From assembly GCA_049281295.1 (NCBI GenBank), contig JBAPRV010000018.1, positions 1 through 39,576 of the forward strand: a DNA stretch of 39,576 nt. Reading direction: 5' to 3'. Under the pieces are notes generated by a model, which did not search any database, was not told the origin of the DNA, and was given only the letters and a program-made list of their open reading frames with translations. The position numbers were made by a program, and so were the translations under genes. Every line of letters begins with the position of its first letter. The stretch's first letter is position 1. Below, piece by piece: positions 9,604 through 18,639 of this stretch. Origin of the DNA: Chlamydiales bacterium. GTDB taxonomy: Bacteria > Chlamydiota > Chlamydiia > Chlamydiales > JAAKFR01.

Positions 9604-10416
9604 ATGGTAGCCGGAATATTAACCTTATGGTTTGTTTTAACTGCCCTATCTTTAATCTATATTACTTATGATTTAATCTATATCACTCCCGAAGCCTCTG
9701 TCATGAAACTCGGATGGTGGCTCGTGACGCTGTACACAGGCCCGATTGGGCTATTTTTTTATTTGCTTTCCTGTAAAGAACCTATGCCGCACACTCACGA
9801 AAAGTTTGTGGCTCCTCTTTGGAAACAGTCGTTAGGCTCTATGGTCCATTGCTTGGCTGGAGATGTGACAGGTATTATTGTTGCGGCTATTATTTTAGCT
9901 TTCTTCTCAGTTTCACTGCCTCGGGAAATCACCATTGAATACCTTGCCGGCTTCTTATTTGGCCTCTTTATTTTCCAATCCCTTTTTATGCGTTCGTTGA
10001 TGGGTGAAAAATACTGGAAAGCTCTTAAAACCTCTTTTTACCCTGAATTCGTTTCCATGAATATGATTATGGCGGGAATGATTCCCACTATGGTCATTTG
10101 GAATTTAATAGAACCCTCTGCCGCATCCCCCCTCTCAGTGCATTTTTGGGGAAAAATGAGTTTAGCTACGATCATTGCAGGCGTGTGTGCTTTTTCTATC
10201 AATAGATGGCTGGTGAAAACAGGCCTTAAGCATGGAATGATGACTATACGCCCTAATCAAAAGCAAGAACAGATGCCCATGCACCACGAATCGATGAAAA
10301 TGCCCCCAAAAGTTTCGAGAAAAGAAATGGGATTGAAACTCTTACTCTCCCTAATTGGGTTAGGTATTGGCATTTTGATTGCAGTCATCGCATGGGCCAT
10401 CAATCAGGCGGGATAA
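9604..10416 (+). CDS. Integral membrane protein (possibly DUF4396-like; function unknown)
   Basis: Six or more hydrophobic helices. The 'HCLAGDVTG' motif is reminiscent of DUF4396. The Met/His-rich C-terminal tail (QMPMHHESMKMPP) hints at metal binding. Confidence 0.7.
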   Translation: MVAGILTLWFVLTALSLIYITYDLIYITPEASVMKLGWWLVTLYTGPIGLFFYLLSCKEPMPHTHEKFVAPLWKQSLGSMVHCLAGDVTGIIVAAIILAFFSVSLPREITIEYLAGFLFGLFIFQSLFMRSLMGEKYWKALKTSFYPEFVSMNMIMAGMIPTMVIWNLIEPSAASPLSVHFWGKMSLATIIAGVCAFSINRWLVKTGLKHGMMTIRPNQKQEQMPMHHESMKMPPKVSRKEMGLKLLLSLIGLGIGILIAVIAWAINQAG

Positions 10417-10428
10417 CAAAACGATGGC

Positions 10429-10457
10429 TTGACAATCTACCTATAAGTAGGTAGACT
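10429..10457 (+). promoter_or_regulatory. Putative sigma70-type promoter with embedded operator palindrome upstream of the TetR gene
   Basis: TTGACA (10429-34), 17 nt, TAGACT (10452-57). The spacer carries the palindrome TCTACCTA-TAAG-TAGGTAGA (10436..10455). Confidence 0.4.
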
Positions 10458-10465
10458 TCCTTTTT

Positions 10466-11038
10466 ATGAAAACAGACAAAAGAATCCTTCGTCTTGCTAT
10501 TCAGCTTATTCAAAAACATGGGCTGTCGGGTTGGAGCTATGAAGACATCGCTCAGAGAATTGAAATCAAAAAAGCGAGCATTCACTATTATTTCCCTTCT
10601 AAATCCGACCTCATTTTAGCAGCGGTGCAACAATATATAGCTGAGCTTAAAGACGAACTTGAAACTATTCGTTTCAGCTCGCAATCTGCCAAAAAAAAAT
10701 TGCTCGCCTTAGCGAAAATATATCATGGCATGTATCAGAAAAATGATCAGTTATGCCTATGTGTTATTTTATCTCAAAATTTATCTCATCTTCCTGCCGA
10801 AGTAGGAAAAGAGTTGGATGACTATTTTAAAAATTTGCGAACCTTTATAAGAACTATTATTCGAGAGGGAATTGATCAAAAAGAATTTTATCTAAAAAAA
10901 TCCTCTGTAGAGGGATCATCAGAGCTGTTTTTAGCCTCTCTACAAGGATTGTTACTGCTAGGAAATTACAAAATTCCTGAAAGACATTTTGAGCAAGCTG
11001 TTTCTTTTTTTCTGTTCAGCATTAAAAAAATAGATTAA
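10466..11038 (+). CDS. TetR/AcrR family transcriptional regulator
   Basis: N-terminal HTH signature 'ILRLAIQLIQKHGLSGWSYEDIAQRIEIKKASIHYYFPSKSDLILA'. Confidence 0.9.
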   Translation: MKTDKRILRLAIQLIQKHGLSGWSYEDIAQRIEIKKASIHYYFPSKSDLILAAVQQYIAELKDELETIRFSSQSAKKKLLALAKIYHGMYQKNDQLCLCVILSQNLSHLPAEVGKELDDYFKNLRTFIRTIIREGIDQKEFYLKKSSVEGSSELFLASLQGLLLLGNYKIPERHFEQAVSFFLFSIKKID

Positions 11039-11052
11039 ATTTTTCCCAAATA

Positions 11053-11070
11053 ACCTATCTACTCATAGGT
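11053..11070 (+). promoter_or_regulatory. Second related palindrome (possible TetR operator) upstream of the GST-like gene
   Basis: ACCTAT-N6-ATAGGT lies 21 nt upstream of the ATG at 11091. It shares the ACCTAT/TAGGT half-sites with the 10436..10455 palindrome. Confidence 0.3.
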
Positions 11071-11090
11071 AAACAAAAGGAGTTTGAATC

Positions 11091-11840
11091 ATGAAAAAAT
11101 TTACGAAGATTTTAGGTTTGGGTTTAATCGCTCTAACCGCATTTGCCTCACTTAAAGTAGAAGCAAGGGAGATTGAGCTTTTAGGGACCTCCCTTTCCCC
11201 CTATGTTAGAAAAGTCAAAAATGTTTTGGACTATAAAAACCTCAACTACAAGCAAAGCGAGATCCTCCCAAGGGTTGTATTAGAAGCTACAGGGCAGCAG
11301 ATTCCGGAAAATTTTAAAAAAGCGAGCCCTCTTGGAAAAATTCCTGCTCTTACTGTAGACAATGTGACAATAGCAGATAGCGCTGTAATTGTAGCTTATC
11401 TAGAAAAACAAGTCCCTTCTCGCAGAGTCTACCCAAGACAGGCTGCAAATTATGCACGCACTCTTTGGATAGAAAAGTATGCCGATACGGTTATGACTGA
11501 TGTAGTGCATCCGATTTTCATAGAAAGAGTCGTTAAACCTATGGTTTTCTCAAGCGAACCTGACGAGCAGCAAGTGAGCCGGTTAGCTCATGAAGAGTTG
11601 CCAAAAATTCTTGATTATCTAAATCAACAGTTGATGGAAAACGGAACAGAGTATTTAGCTACAAACCAAATGACAGTGGCTGATTTTGCCGTCATTCACC
11701 ATTTAATCGATTTAGACATAGCTGAAATAGCCTGGAAAACAGGTGAATTTAGCTACCTTGAAAGATACTATCAAAAAATGATAAACAATCGGCTTATACG
11801 AAACTCCCTTCCTAAGGATTTTTTAGAAAAAATTAACTAA
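11091..11840 (+). CDS. Glutathione S-transferase family protein with N-terminal signal peptide
   Basis: GST N-domain pattern (SPYVRKV ... LGKIPALTVDNVTIADSAVIVAYLEK) preceded by MKKFTKILGLGLIALTAFASLKVEA. RBS AAGGAG lies upstream. Confidence 0.8.
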   Translation: MKKFTKILGLGLIALTAFASLKVEAREIELLGTSLSPYVRKVKNVLDYKNLNYKQSEILPRVVLEATGQQIPENFKKASPLGKIPALTVDNVTIADSAVIVAYLEKQVPSRRVYPRQAANYARTLWIEKYADTVMTDVVHPIFIERVVKPMVFSSEPDEQQVSRLAHEELPKILDYLNQQLMENGTEYLATNQMTVADFAVIHHLIDLDIAEIAWKTGEFSYLERYYQKMINNRLIRNSLPKDFLEKIN

Positions 11841-11868
11841 AGCAGCAGTTTCAACAAGATGCAAGATG

Positions 11869-11903
11869 AAGGGGAGATCTCATATCAAGAATTCCCCTTT
11901 TGA
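11869..11903 (+). terminator. Possible intrinsic terminator after the GST gene
   Basis: AAGGGGA (11869-75) pairs with TCCCCTT (11893-99), followed by TTTG. The 17-nt loop is long, so the call is weak. Confidence 0.3.
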
Positions 11904-12371
11904 ACTTATTCTGCTATATCTCATTGACAATGTGAAAAATGGAAATTTTCAAATCTAGCCTGAAAGAGTTCATTTTTCGACATTTCCTAAGTTATGCAGA
12001 GGTCTCTTTTTTTAAAACCCATGTTGCAGTGCATCTGCTTCGTTTTTTGCTCATCAAAAACCTCTCTTTCAAATCGAATCATGTTCCAAAATAGAAATCG
12101 GAAAAAGGGGAAGCTGCAGTATTGAATCGTTAAGCTTGTAAAATCAAACGCAAGTTTACTAACAGAAAAAATGGTAGTTATTAAATGAATGAATGTAGAG
12201 CATTTTTGCACAAAAGCATGCATTTATCTACGCGTTATGTATTAACGTTTTGCATGTATGTGTCAAAAGGAGGATGTCTAAATTTTTACCTTTTTAGCTT
12301 AAGAGGATTGTATTTATTTTCGAAATCCATTAAAAAGAGGTTAGCTAATATTTTACACCTGGGAGGGAAAA

Positions 12372-13274
12372 ATGAGAATTTATAAATGGCTAATTGGCTG
12401 CATGCTTTTGGGATTTATGTCTACCAATGCATGCGCGCAAAATCTTGCAGATTGCTTTTCCTGTGAAGATTTTTTCTGTAACGTCAGATATCATGTTTAC
12501 GCGGATTATCTTTACTGGAGGGCCTTTAGAAGCGGTGTAGGTGTTGCTACTAGTACCATATCTGAAGACCGAGATTTGTATGTATGCCCTAATTATTCAT
12601 CCGGCTATCGCGTTGGAGGTAGAATCCTTTGGAATTGCCTGGATCTAGGGGTGCGCTATACGTCCTACTGTAAAACTACAAGTCATAGTGCGGTAGGAGA
12701 CATAACAGCAACCACCAATCTATTTAGATATAACGTAGATTACCAAGATGTCGACGTCGAATTAGGGGCTCTTTTCTGCTTTAGCTGCGGAAATAGTTTC
12801 CTGCGCCCTTATGTAGGAGCCAAGTTTGTATGGCTTGATGAAAGAGTGAAATTTTTCACAAATGATGTTGAGCAAGGTACCCCTAAACTAAAAGACAGAG
12901 CCTATGGCCTATATATTGGGACTGAAGGGAAACTGGGGCTTTTCAATCTCTGCGATGTAGCTGTTGGCCTTCGAGCTAGAGGAAGCTTCGGCCTTTTGGA
13001 CGGAAATCATAAATTCAGAATTGCATTTCCTGACGATGAAACAACAAACTTTGCAAGAGAGTGCCATATAGTTGGTTACACAGATGTGTTTGCAGGGCTT
13101 GACATCTCCTATTGCGATTGCTTCTGCTTCGACCTCAATCTTCAGATAGGTTATGAGCTGCAACAATATATAAGAGACTTCAATAATTTCGTCACTTCAT
13201 CAATTGGTACGATCTTAAATCTTGATAACATAGCGTTTGGAGGACTCGTCGTCCGCTTCGGAGTTTACTTCTAA
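12372..13274 (+). CDS. Cysteine-rich beta-barrel outer membrane protein (MOMP/Legionella-OMP-like), paralog 1
   Basis: Signal peptide, many Cys (CFSCEDFFCN, FCFSCGN, YCDCFCFD), alternating beta-strand pattern, C-terminal ...VVRFGVYF. RBS GGGAGGG. Confidence 0.8.
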   Translation: MRIYKWLIGCMLLGFMSTNACAQNLADCFSCEDFFCNVRYHVYADYLYWRAFRSGVGVATSTISEDRDLYVCPNYSSGYRVGGRILWNCLDLGVRYTSYCKTTSHSAVGDITATTNLFRYNVDYQDVDVELGALFCFSCGNSFLRPYVGAKFVWLDERVKFFTNDVEQGTPKLKDRAYGLYIGTEGKLGLFNLCDVAVGLRARGSFGLLDGNHKFRIAFPDDETTNFARECHIVGYTDVFAGLDISYCDCFCFDLNLQIGYELQQYIRDFNNFVTSSIGTILNLDNIAFGGLVVRFGVYF

Positions 13275-13287
13275 AAGCTGGCCTAAC

Positions 13288-13320
13288 GATGCGTAATTCT
13301 ATTTCTTGAAATTACGCATC
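13288..13320. repeat. Palindromic repeat element, copy a (GATGCGTAATT...AATTACGCATC)
   Basis: 11-bp arms with an 11-nt loop, 14 nt after the omp1 stop. Related copies at 14281 and 14403. Confidence 0.7.
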
Positions 13321-13371
13321 AGGTTAATATGTCCCCACACCCCATCCAACTATCTTAAAGGAGAAAGAAAA

Positions 13372-14265
13372 ATGAGAATATATAAATGGCTGATAGGCCT
13401 CATGTTGTTGGGATATATGCCCATCACCTCAGCACAAAATCTTACTGATTGCTTTTCTTGCGAAGACTTTTTCTGTAACACAAGATACCATGTTTACGCA
13501 GATTATCTTTATTGGAAAACCTATAGAAGCGCCATAGGATTAGCTACAAACGACAATGATCCGCAAGATCTATATTTGACTCCAAAATACTCATCCGGTT
13601 ACCGCGTGGGAGGCAGAATCCTTTGGAATTGCTTGGACTTAGGCGTGCGATATACCTCTTACGATCAAACCTCAAAACACAATGTGGCATTAGTAATCCT
13701 CGAAGATAATGTGCTTAATTTAAAATATAATGTGGATTATCAGGACGTCGACGTTGAACTAGGAGCCCTTTTTTGTTTTAGCTGTGGAAACAGTTTCTTG
13801 AGACCCTATGTAGGAGCCAAGTTCGTTTGGCTTGATGAAAAAGTGGACTCGTTCGCCGTATCCTCCTCGACACTTAGCGGTACAATCAAATTGAATGATC
13901 GTGCCTATGGACTTTACGTTGGAGCGGAAGGAAAGTTAGGACTTTTTGATCTTTGCAATGTAGCTATTGGCCTGCGGGCTAGAGGAAGCTTTGGACTATT
14001 AGATGGCAGGCATCAATTTAGAATTAGAAATGGAGCAACTTTTGCTAGCGAATGTCATCTAGTAGGCTACAGAGACCTGTTTGCAGGGCTTGATATCTCC
14101 TACTGCGACTGTTTTTGTTTCGACCTCAATCTGCAAATCGGATATGAGTTGCAACAATACATAAGAGACTTCAATGAATTTAGCACTGCACAATTGGGTC
14201 AAGTGTTTGCACTTGACAATATAGCATTTGCAGGTCTCGTCGTTCGTTTTGGAGTCTATTTCTAA
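13372..14265 (+). CDS. Cysteine-rich beta-barrel outer membrane protein, paralog 2
   Basis: Same architecture as 12372..13274. The start at 13372 (MRIYKWLIG, RBS AAGGAG) is homologous to the paralog 1 start; the longer ORF from 13306 begins inside the hairpin repeat. Confidence 0.8.
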   Translation: MRIYKWLIGLMLLGYMPITSAQNLTDCFSCEDFFCNTRYHVYADYLYWKTYRSAIGLATNDNDPQDLYLTPKYSSGYRVGGRILWNCLDLGVRYTSYDQTSKHNVALVILEDNVLNLKYNVDYQDVDVELGALFCFSCGNSFLRPYVGAKFVWLDEKVDSFAVSSSTLSGTIKLNDRAYGLYVGAEGKLGLFDLCNVAIGLRARGSFGLLDGRHQFRIRNGATFASECHLVGYRDLFAGLDISYCDCFCFDLNLQIGYELQQYIRDFNEFSTAQLGQVFALDNIAFAGLVVRFGVYF

Positions 14266-14280
14266 TCTCTAACACCCAAC

Positions 14281-14316
14281 TGATGCGTAATTCCGCTTCT
14301 CGGAATTTACGCATCA
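14281..14316. repeat. Palindromic repeat element, copy b
   Basis: TGATGCGTAATTCC-loop-GGAATTTACGCATCA (one bulge), 16 nt after the omp2 stop. Confidence 0.7.
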
Positions 14317-14397
14317 GATTGTGATCCATTCCATTCCCTTATACATTTCCGAATTTTAGAAACCTTGTCAGCTCAAGTTATGCAGAGGTCTCTAAGT

Positions 14398-16401
14398 CTA
14401 GCTGATGCGTATTTCCATTCTTTGGTATTTACGCATCAAGTCACGATATCGGGCTGCCTCCTCGAATTGATACTCCTTGGCGGCCTGTTTCATCAGCTTT
14501 TCATATTCTTTGATCTTCTTCTCTAAATCCTGCTGCGTTAAATACTCGTTTCTCTTTTCATGAAGGGTCATAACAGGCTCTTTCTCTGGAAGGGCTAAAT
14601 CTTCTTTCGGCACTCCCATTTCTACTCCAAGTTCACGGTGAATCGTCTTAGGTATGATGCCGTGTTTTTTGTTATATTCGATTTGAAGGGAGCGACGCCT
14701 TTGGGTAATTTCGAGAGTATGACGGATTGCCATTGTTTGTTTGTCGGCATACATAATCACTCGCCCTTCGGCATTGCGAGATGCACGTCCACAAGTCTGA
14801 ATAAGCGAGGTTTCGCTTCGCAAAAACCCCTCCTTGTCCGCATCGAGAATAGCAACCAGAGAGACTTCGGGTAGATCCAACCCCTCTCGAAGTAAATTGA
14901 TCCCGACGAGCACATCAAAAGTTCCAAGGCGTAAATCTCTCAAGATTTGAACCCGCTCAAGCGTATCGATATCGGAATGGAGATATTTGGCTTTCACGCC
15001 AAGATTGAGAAGATAGGTTGTGAGATCTTCGGCAAGCCGTTTGGTTAAAGTAGTCACAAGAACCCGCCCTTTTTTTTCGGTATGGCTCCGAATTTCTTCT
15101 AAAACATCGTCCACTTGTCCTGTAGCGGGGCGCACTTCAATTTCCGGATCGAGAAGACCGGTAGGACGTATGATCTGTTGTATAATCTCTCCGTTCGCCT
15201 CTTCGACTTCCCATCGGCCGGGGGTTGCTGAAACATAGACAACCTGGTGTATGTGGGCATAAGTCTCTTCAAAGCGAAGGGGGCGGTTGTCAAAAGCTGA
15301 GGGGAGGCGAAAGCCAAATTCAACTAACGTTTGCTTGCGAGAACGGTCGCCGTTGTACATCGCGTGCAGTTGAGGAATGGTTTGATGCGATTCATCGATA
15401 AATAGCAGGTAATCTTCAGGAAAATAATCTAAAAGACAAGAGGGAGCCTCCCCGGATGCGCGCCCGGAAAAATGTCGTGAATAGTTTTCAATCCCTTTGC
15501 AAAATCCAACCTCTTTTATCATTTCAATGTCATATAAGGTCCGTTGACGAATTCGTTCTTGTTCGAGAGGCATATTCTCTTTTTCAAAGCGGGCCATACG
15601 TTCTTTGAGCTCTGCCTTAATGCTCTCTATGGCATTCAGCCTAATCTCTTCAGGAGTTACATAGTGAGATCCGGGATAAAGGGTGATATGATCAAGCCGT
15701 TTTCGCAATTTACCTGTGAGAGGATCTATCTCGCTGATTCTTTCTATCTCCTCATCAAAAAATTCGATCCGATAAGCGAGGTCCTCTTCATAGGCAGGGT
15801 AAATTTCGAGTATATCGCCTCGAACCCGGAAAACCCCTCGACAAAAATCGTAATCATTTCGTTTATAGTGCATCTCAACGAGATGAAGGAGCACCTCATC
15901 CCGTCGCTTACGGTCGCCTAGATGGAAGGAGAGTATCATCTTGGCATAGTGTTCAGGCATCCCAAGACCATAGATGCAGGAGACCGAGGCGACAATCAAT
16001 ACATCACTTCGCTCTAAAAGCGAACGGGTCGCAGAAAGACGCAAGGTATCAATTTCATCATTAATAGAGAGGTCTTTTTCTATATAGGTGTCGGTACGGG
16101 GAAGGTAGGCCTCCGGTTGATAGTAGTCGTAGTAGGAGACAAAATACTCAACAGCATTTTCGGGGAAAAACCCTTTAAATTCCTGATAGAGCTGTGCCGC
16201 TAGAGTTTTGTTATGAGCAAGAACAAGAGTTGGCTTTTGAACCTTTTCAGTCACATTCGCCATGGTAAAGGTTTTGCCGGAGCCGGTAATACCCAATAAA
16301 ACTTGAGAACGTCTGTTCTGTTGAATCCCTTGAACCAGCTTGTCAATGGCTCCCTCCTGGTCCCCCGAGGGTTTGAAATCACTGTAGAGTTTAAACTCCA
16401 C
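14398..16401 (-). CDS. uvrB: Excinuclease ABC subunit B
   Basis: Walker A GITGSGKT, helicase motifs, C-terminal UVR motif FEEAARYRD. Confidence 0.95.
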   Translation of the reverse strand: MEFKLYSDFKPSGDQEGAIDKLVQGIQQNRRSQVLLGITGSGKTFTMANVTEKVQKPTLVLAHNKTLAAQLYQEFKGFFPENAVEYFVSYYDYYQPEAYLPRTDTYIEKDLSINDEIDTLRLSATRSLLERSDVLIVASVSCIYGLGMPEHYAKMILSFHLGDRKRRDEVLLHLVEMHYKRNDYDFCRGVFRVRGDILEIYPAYEEDLAYRIEFFDEEIERISEIDPLTGKLRKRLDHITLYPGSHYVTPEEIRLNAIESIKAELKERMARFEKENMPLEQERIRQRTLYDIEMIKEVGFCKGIENYSRHFSGRASGEAPSCLLDYFPEDYLLFIDESHQTIPQLHAMYNGDRSRKQTLVEFGFRLPSAFDNRPLRFEETYAHIHQVVYVSATPGRWEVEEANGEIIQQIIRPTGLLDPEIEVRPATGQVDDVLEEIRSHTEKKGRVLVTTLTKRLAEDLTTYLLNLGVKAKYLHSDIDTLERVQILRDLRLGTFDVLVGINLLREGLDLPEVSLVAILDADKEGFLRSETSLIQTCGRASRNAEGRVIMYADKQTMAIRHTLEITQRRRSLQIEYNKKHGIIPKTIHRELGVEMGVPKEDLALPEKEPVMTLHEKRNEYLTQQDLEKKIKEYEKLMKQAAKEYQFEEAARYRDLMRKYQRMEIRIS
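14403..14438. repeat. Palindromic repeat element, copy c (inside the last codons of uvrB)
   Basis: TGATGCGTATTTCC-loop-GGTATTTACGCATCA. It encodes the uvrB tail ...[13 protein letters not shown]. Confidence 0.7.
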
Positions 16402-17437
16402 GTGCGATACGTGAAATTTTATTCCACCCTCCCATCAATCCCATAGCAGAATGCATCTCGCGCATTGTCTCTTTAGCCACCTCTCGCATTTTCAAAGTCC
16501 CTTCATAGATCACTTTCTCAACATACCCTTTCTGCCCCTCAAAGGCTTTACGCCTCTCTCTGATCGGATCGAGAAACTGATTGAGCACCTCTGTCAAACG
16601 CCCTTTTACCTCCAAATCTCCAATCGTTCCTTTTCGATATCGCTCCTTAAATAGATTCACCTCCTCCTTGTCAGCATTGAACGCATCGTGAAACATAAAA
16701 AGCGGGTTCCCTTCAATGGTTCCGGGTACATCCATGTGCACTCTATTTGGGTCGGTGAACATGCCACGCACTTTTTTTTCTACTGTTTTGGAATCATCCG
16801 AGAGCAAAATAGCGTTGCCGGCTGATTTGCTCATTTTCCCTTTCCCATCGATTCCAATTAAAGTAGGCGTTTCACTTAAATGGGCCTCAGGAAGGGGAAA
16901 AACTTCTCCATAATATTGATTAAATCGACGAGCAATATCCCGAGCCAGCTCCACATGCGCTACATTATCCTGCCCCACTGGTACGAGGTGAGCCTTCGGC
17001 ATTAAAATATCTGCCGCCTGCAAGACAGGGTAGCCGATCAATCCAAAAGAAATGCTCTCTTCAGGAATATGGGCAGCACGCGCCATATCTTTTAAACTGG
17101 GCAGCCCCGTTAGCCTATTGAGGGAAATGAGCATCTCAAAGATCAAATTCATTTCATATATTTCAGGAAGAGCCGAATGGAGATAGATGGTAGAGCGATC
17201 GGGATCAATTCCGCAGGAGAGCCAATCAAGGACCACTTCTTTGGTAAACTCTCTCATATTGAGTATATCGTTTCTTTGAGGCTTGGTAGTTAACGTGTGA
17301 AGATCGGCAAGCAAAAAATAGCACTCAAACTGATCTTGCAAAGCCACCCGATTTTTTATAGACCCTACCCAATGACCAAGATGCAGCTTCCCCGTCGGCC
17401 GATCGCCCGTCACCAGCCTTTTTTTCCCATCAATCAT
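16391..17437 (-). CDS. trpS: Tryptophan--tRNA ligase
   Basis: HIGH-type motif (TGKLHLGH) and KMSKS motif present. Length is typical of bacterial TrpRS. Confidence 0.95.
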   Translation of the reverse strand: MIDGKKRLVTGDRPTGKLHLGHWVGSIKNRVALQDQFECYFLLADLHTLTTKPQRNDILNMREFTKEVVLDWLSCGIDPDRSTIYLHSALPEIYEMNLIFEMLISLNRLTGLPSLKDMARAAHIPEESISFGLIGYPVLQAADILMPKAHLVPVGQDNVAHVELARDIARRFNQYYGEVFPLPEAHLSETPTLIGIDGKGKMSKSAGNAILLSDDSKTVEKKVRGMFTDPNRVHMDVPGTIEGNPLFMFHDAFNADKEEVNLFKERYRKGTIGDLEVKGRLTEVLNQFLDPIRERRKAFEGQKGYVEKVIYEGTLKMREVAKETMREMHSAMGLMGGWNKISRIARGV

Positions 17438-18639
17438 GTAAATACCTCAATGCCTAGAAGGATAAAAGATACAACCAATGCAAATATAATCCCCGCCTTT
17501 CCTCCTATGACTCGAAAATCGGTCTTTATAAAACTGCGCTCTGTTTCGGGGCCATACCGTTCAAACCAGGCCATCAAACATGGCAGAATGGCAAGAATAA
17601 TCACGACGCATATGCCGGCATATTTCAACGCTAAAATAAACCCTTGCGGATAAAAGAGAGCAAACAAAAGAGGAGGGACAAAGGTCAGTAAAACAATGAA
17701 AGATTTCCCCAAATGGGTTTTTTTTATTTTCAGCCCATCCGCTAAAAAATCGGAAAGGCTTAAAGAGACTCCCAAAAGAGAGGTGATCATGGCAAAAAAA
17801 GCAAAAAGACGCACTGCGACTCCAACCCAAGGATTAGCGAGCAGGGCTTGCAAGAAAAAAGTCACTTGAATCCCTTGCTGAGCCGCTTCAGTGAGGCTAT
17901 ATTCTCCATAAACAGGGACGACCCCCATCACGACAAGCTGCCAGAGCACATAAACCACATAAGGGATCAAACTTCCGATAAAGATAGCCTTTTTGAGCAG
18001 ACGACTGTCATGCTCTAGATACGTGGTCAAAGTGGGAATAATAATATGGTAGCCAAAGGTAGTCAAAACCACCGAAACAGAGGGCAATAAAAACTTCCAG
18101 TCAAAATAGGACCACATTTCGGGGGCTGCTTTGCAACAACCGAATCCCACTATCCCCACATAGGCCACGACTAACCCAAACATAAAAAACCGGTTGAGGA
18201 AATCGACCACTTGAGTCCCAAAGTAAACTAATACAGCGAAAATGACAAAAATGGAAACAGGTCCAACCCATTCGGGGATTTCCAAGAAAACGAGCTGATT
18301 TAAAAAATCTCTTAGAATCTGGCTGCATCCTACCATATAGGAGGCAGTTAAAGAATATAACAAAAGGAGATAGACAATCCATGCCACAACCTCCCCAGGC
18401 CTTCCCAATGTCATATGGATCATTAAGATCAAGTTGCTCTCTTCTTTGACCCGAAGATTCACCTCCAAAAGATAAAAGGCGGTCAACATCATGAAAAGCC
18501 AAATAGCTGTCATCACAATAAGAGAGGGGATAATCCCGGCTAAACCGGTTGTGACAGGTAAAGCCAACATACCCGCTCCAATCGTAGTCCCCGAAACAAG
18601 TAAAGTAGCCCCTACAAGCCGGTTTTTTTTCCCAATCAT
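17434..18639 (-). CDS. tyrP: Aromatic amino acid permease (HAAAP family, TyrP/Mtr/TnaB-like), copy 1
   Basis: N-terminal '[16 protein letters not shown]' signature and about 11 TM segments. ATGA overlap with trpS at 17434-37. Confidence 0.85.
   Translation of the reverse strand: MIGKKNRLVGATLLVSGTTIGAGMLALPVTTGLAGIIPSLIVMTAIWLFMMLTAFYLLEVNLRVKEESNLILMIHMTLGRPGEVVAWIVYLLLLYSLTASYMVGCSQILRDFLNQLVFLEIPEWVGPVSIFVIFAVLVYFGTQVVDFLNRFFMFGLVVAYVGIVGFGCCKAAPEMWSYFDWKFLLPSVSVVLTTFGYHIIIPTLTTYLEHDSRLLKKAIFIGSLIPYVVYVLWQLVVMGVVPVYGEYSLTEAAQQGIQVTFFLQALLANPWVGVAVRLFAFFAMITSLLGVSLSLSDFLADGLKIKKTHLGKSFIVLLTFVPPLLFALFYPQGFILALKYAGICVVIILAILPCLMAWFERYGPETERSFIKTDFRVIGGKAGIIFALVVSFILLGIEVFT

Noticed and set aside
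11987-12385. ORFs 11987..12223 (-) and 12185..12385 (+) in the 530-bp gap before omp1
   Set aside because: No RBS, low-complexity Phe/Leu/Cys-rich translations, mutually overlapping, and no recognisable motifs. Treated as a non-coding promoter or repeat-bearing region.
13306-13371. Upstream extension of OMP paralog 2 (TTG start at 13306)
   Set aside because: The start lies inside the palindromic repeat. The ATG at 13372 has an AAGGAG SD and aligns with the paralog 1 start (MRIYKWLIG).
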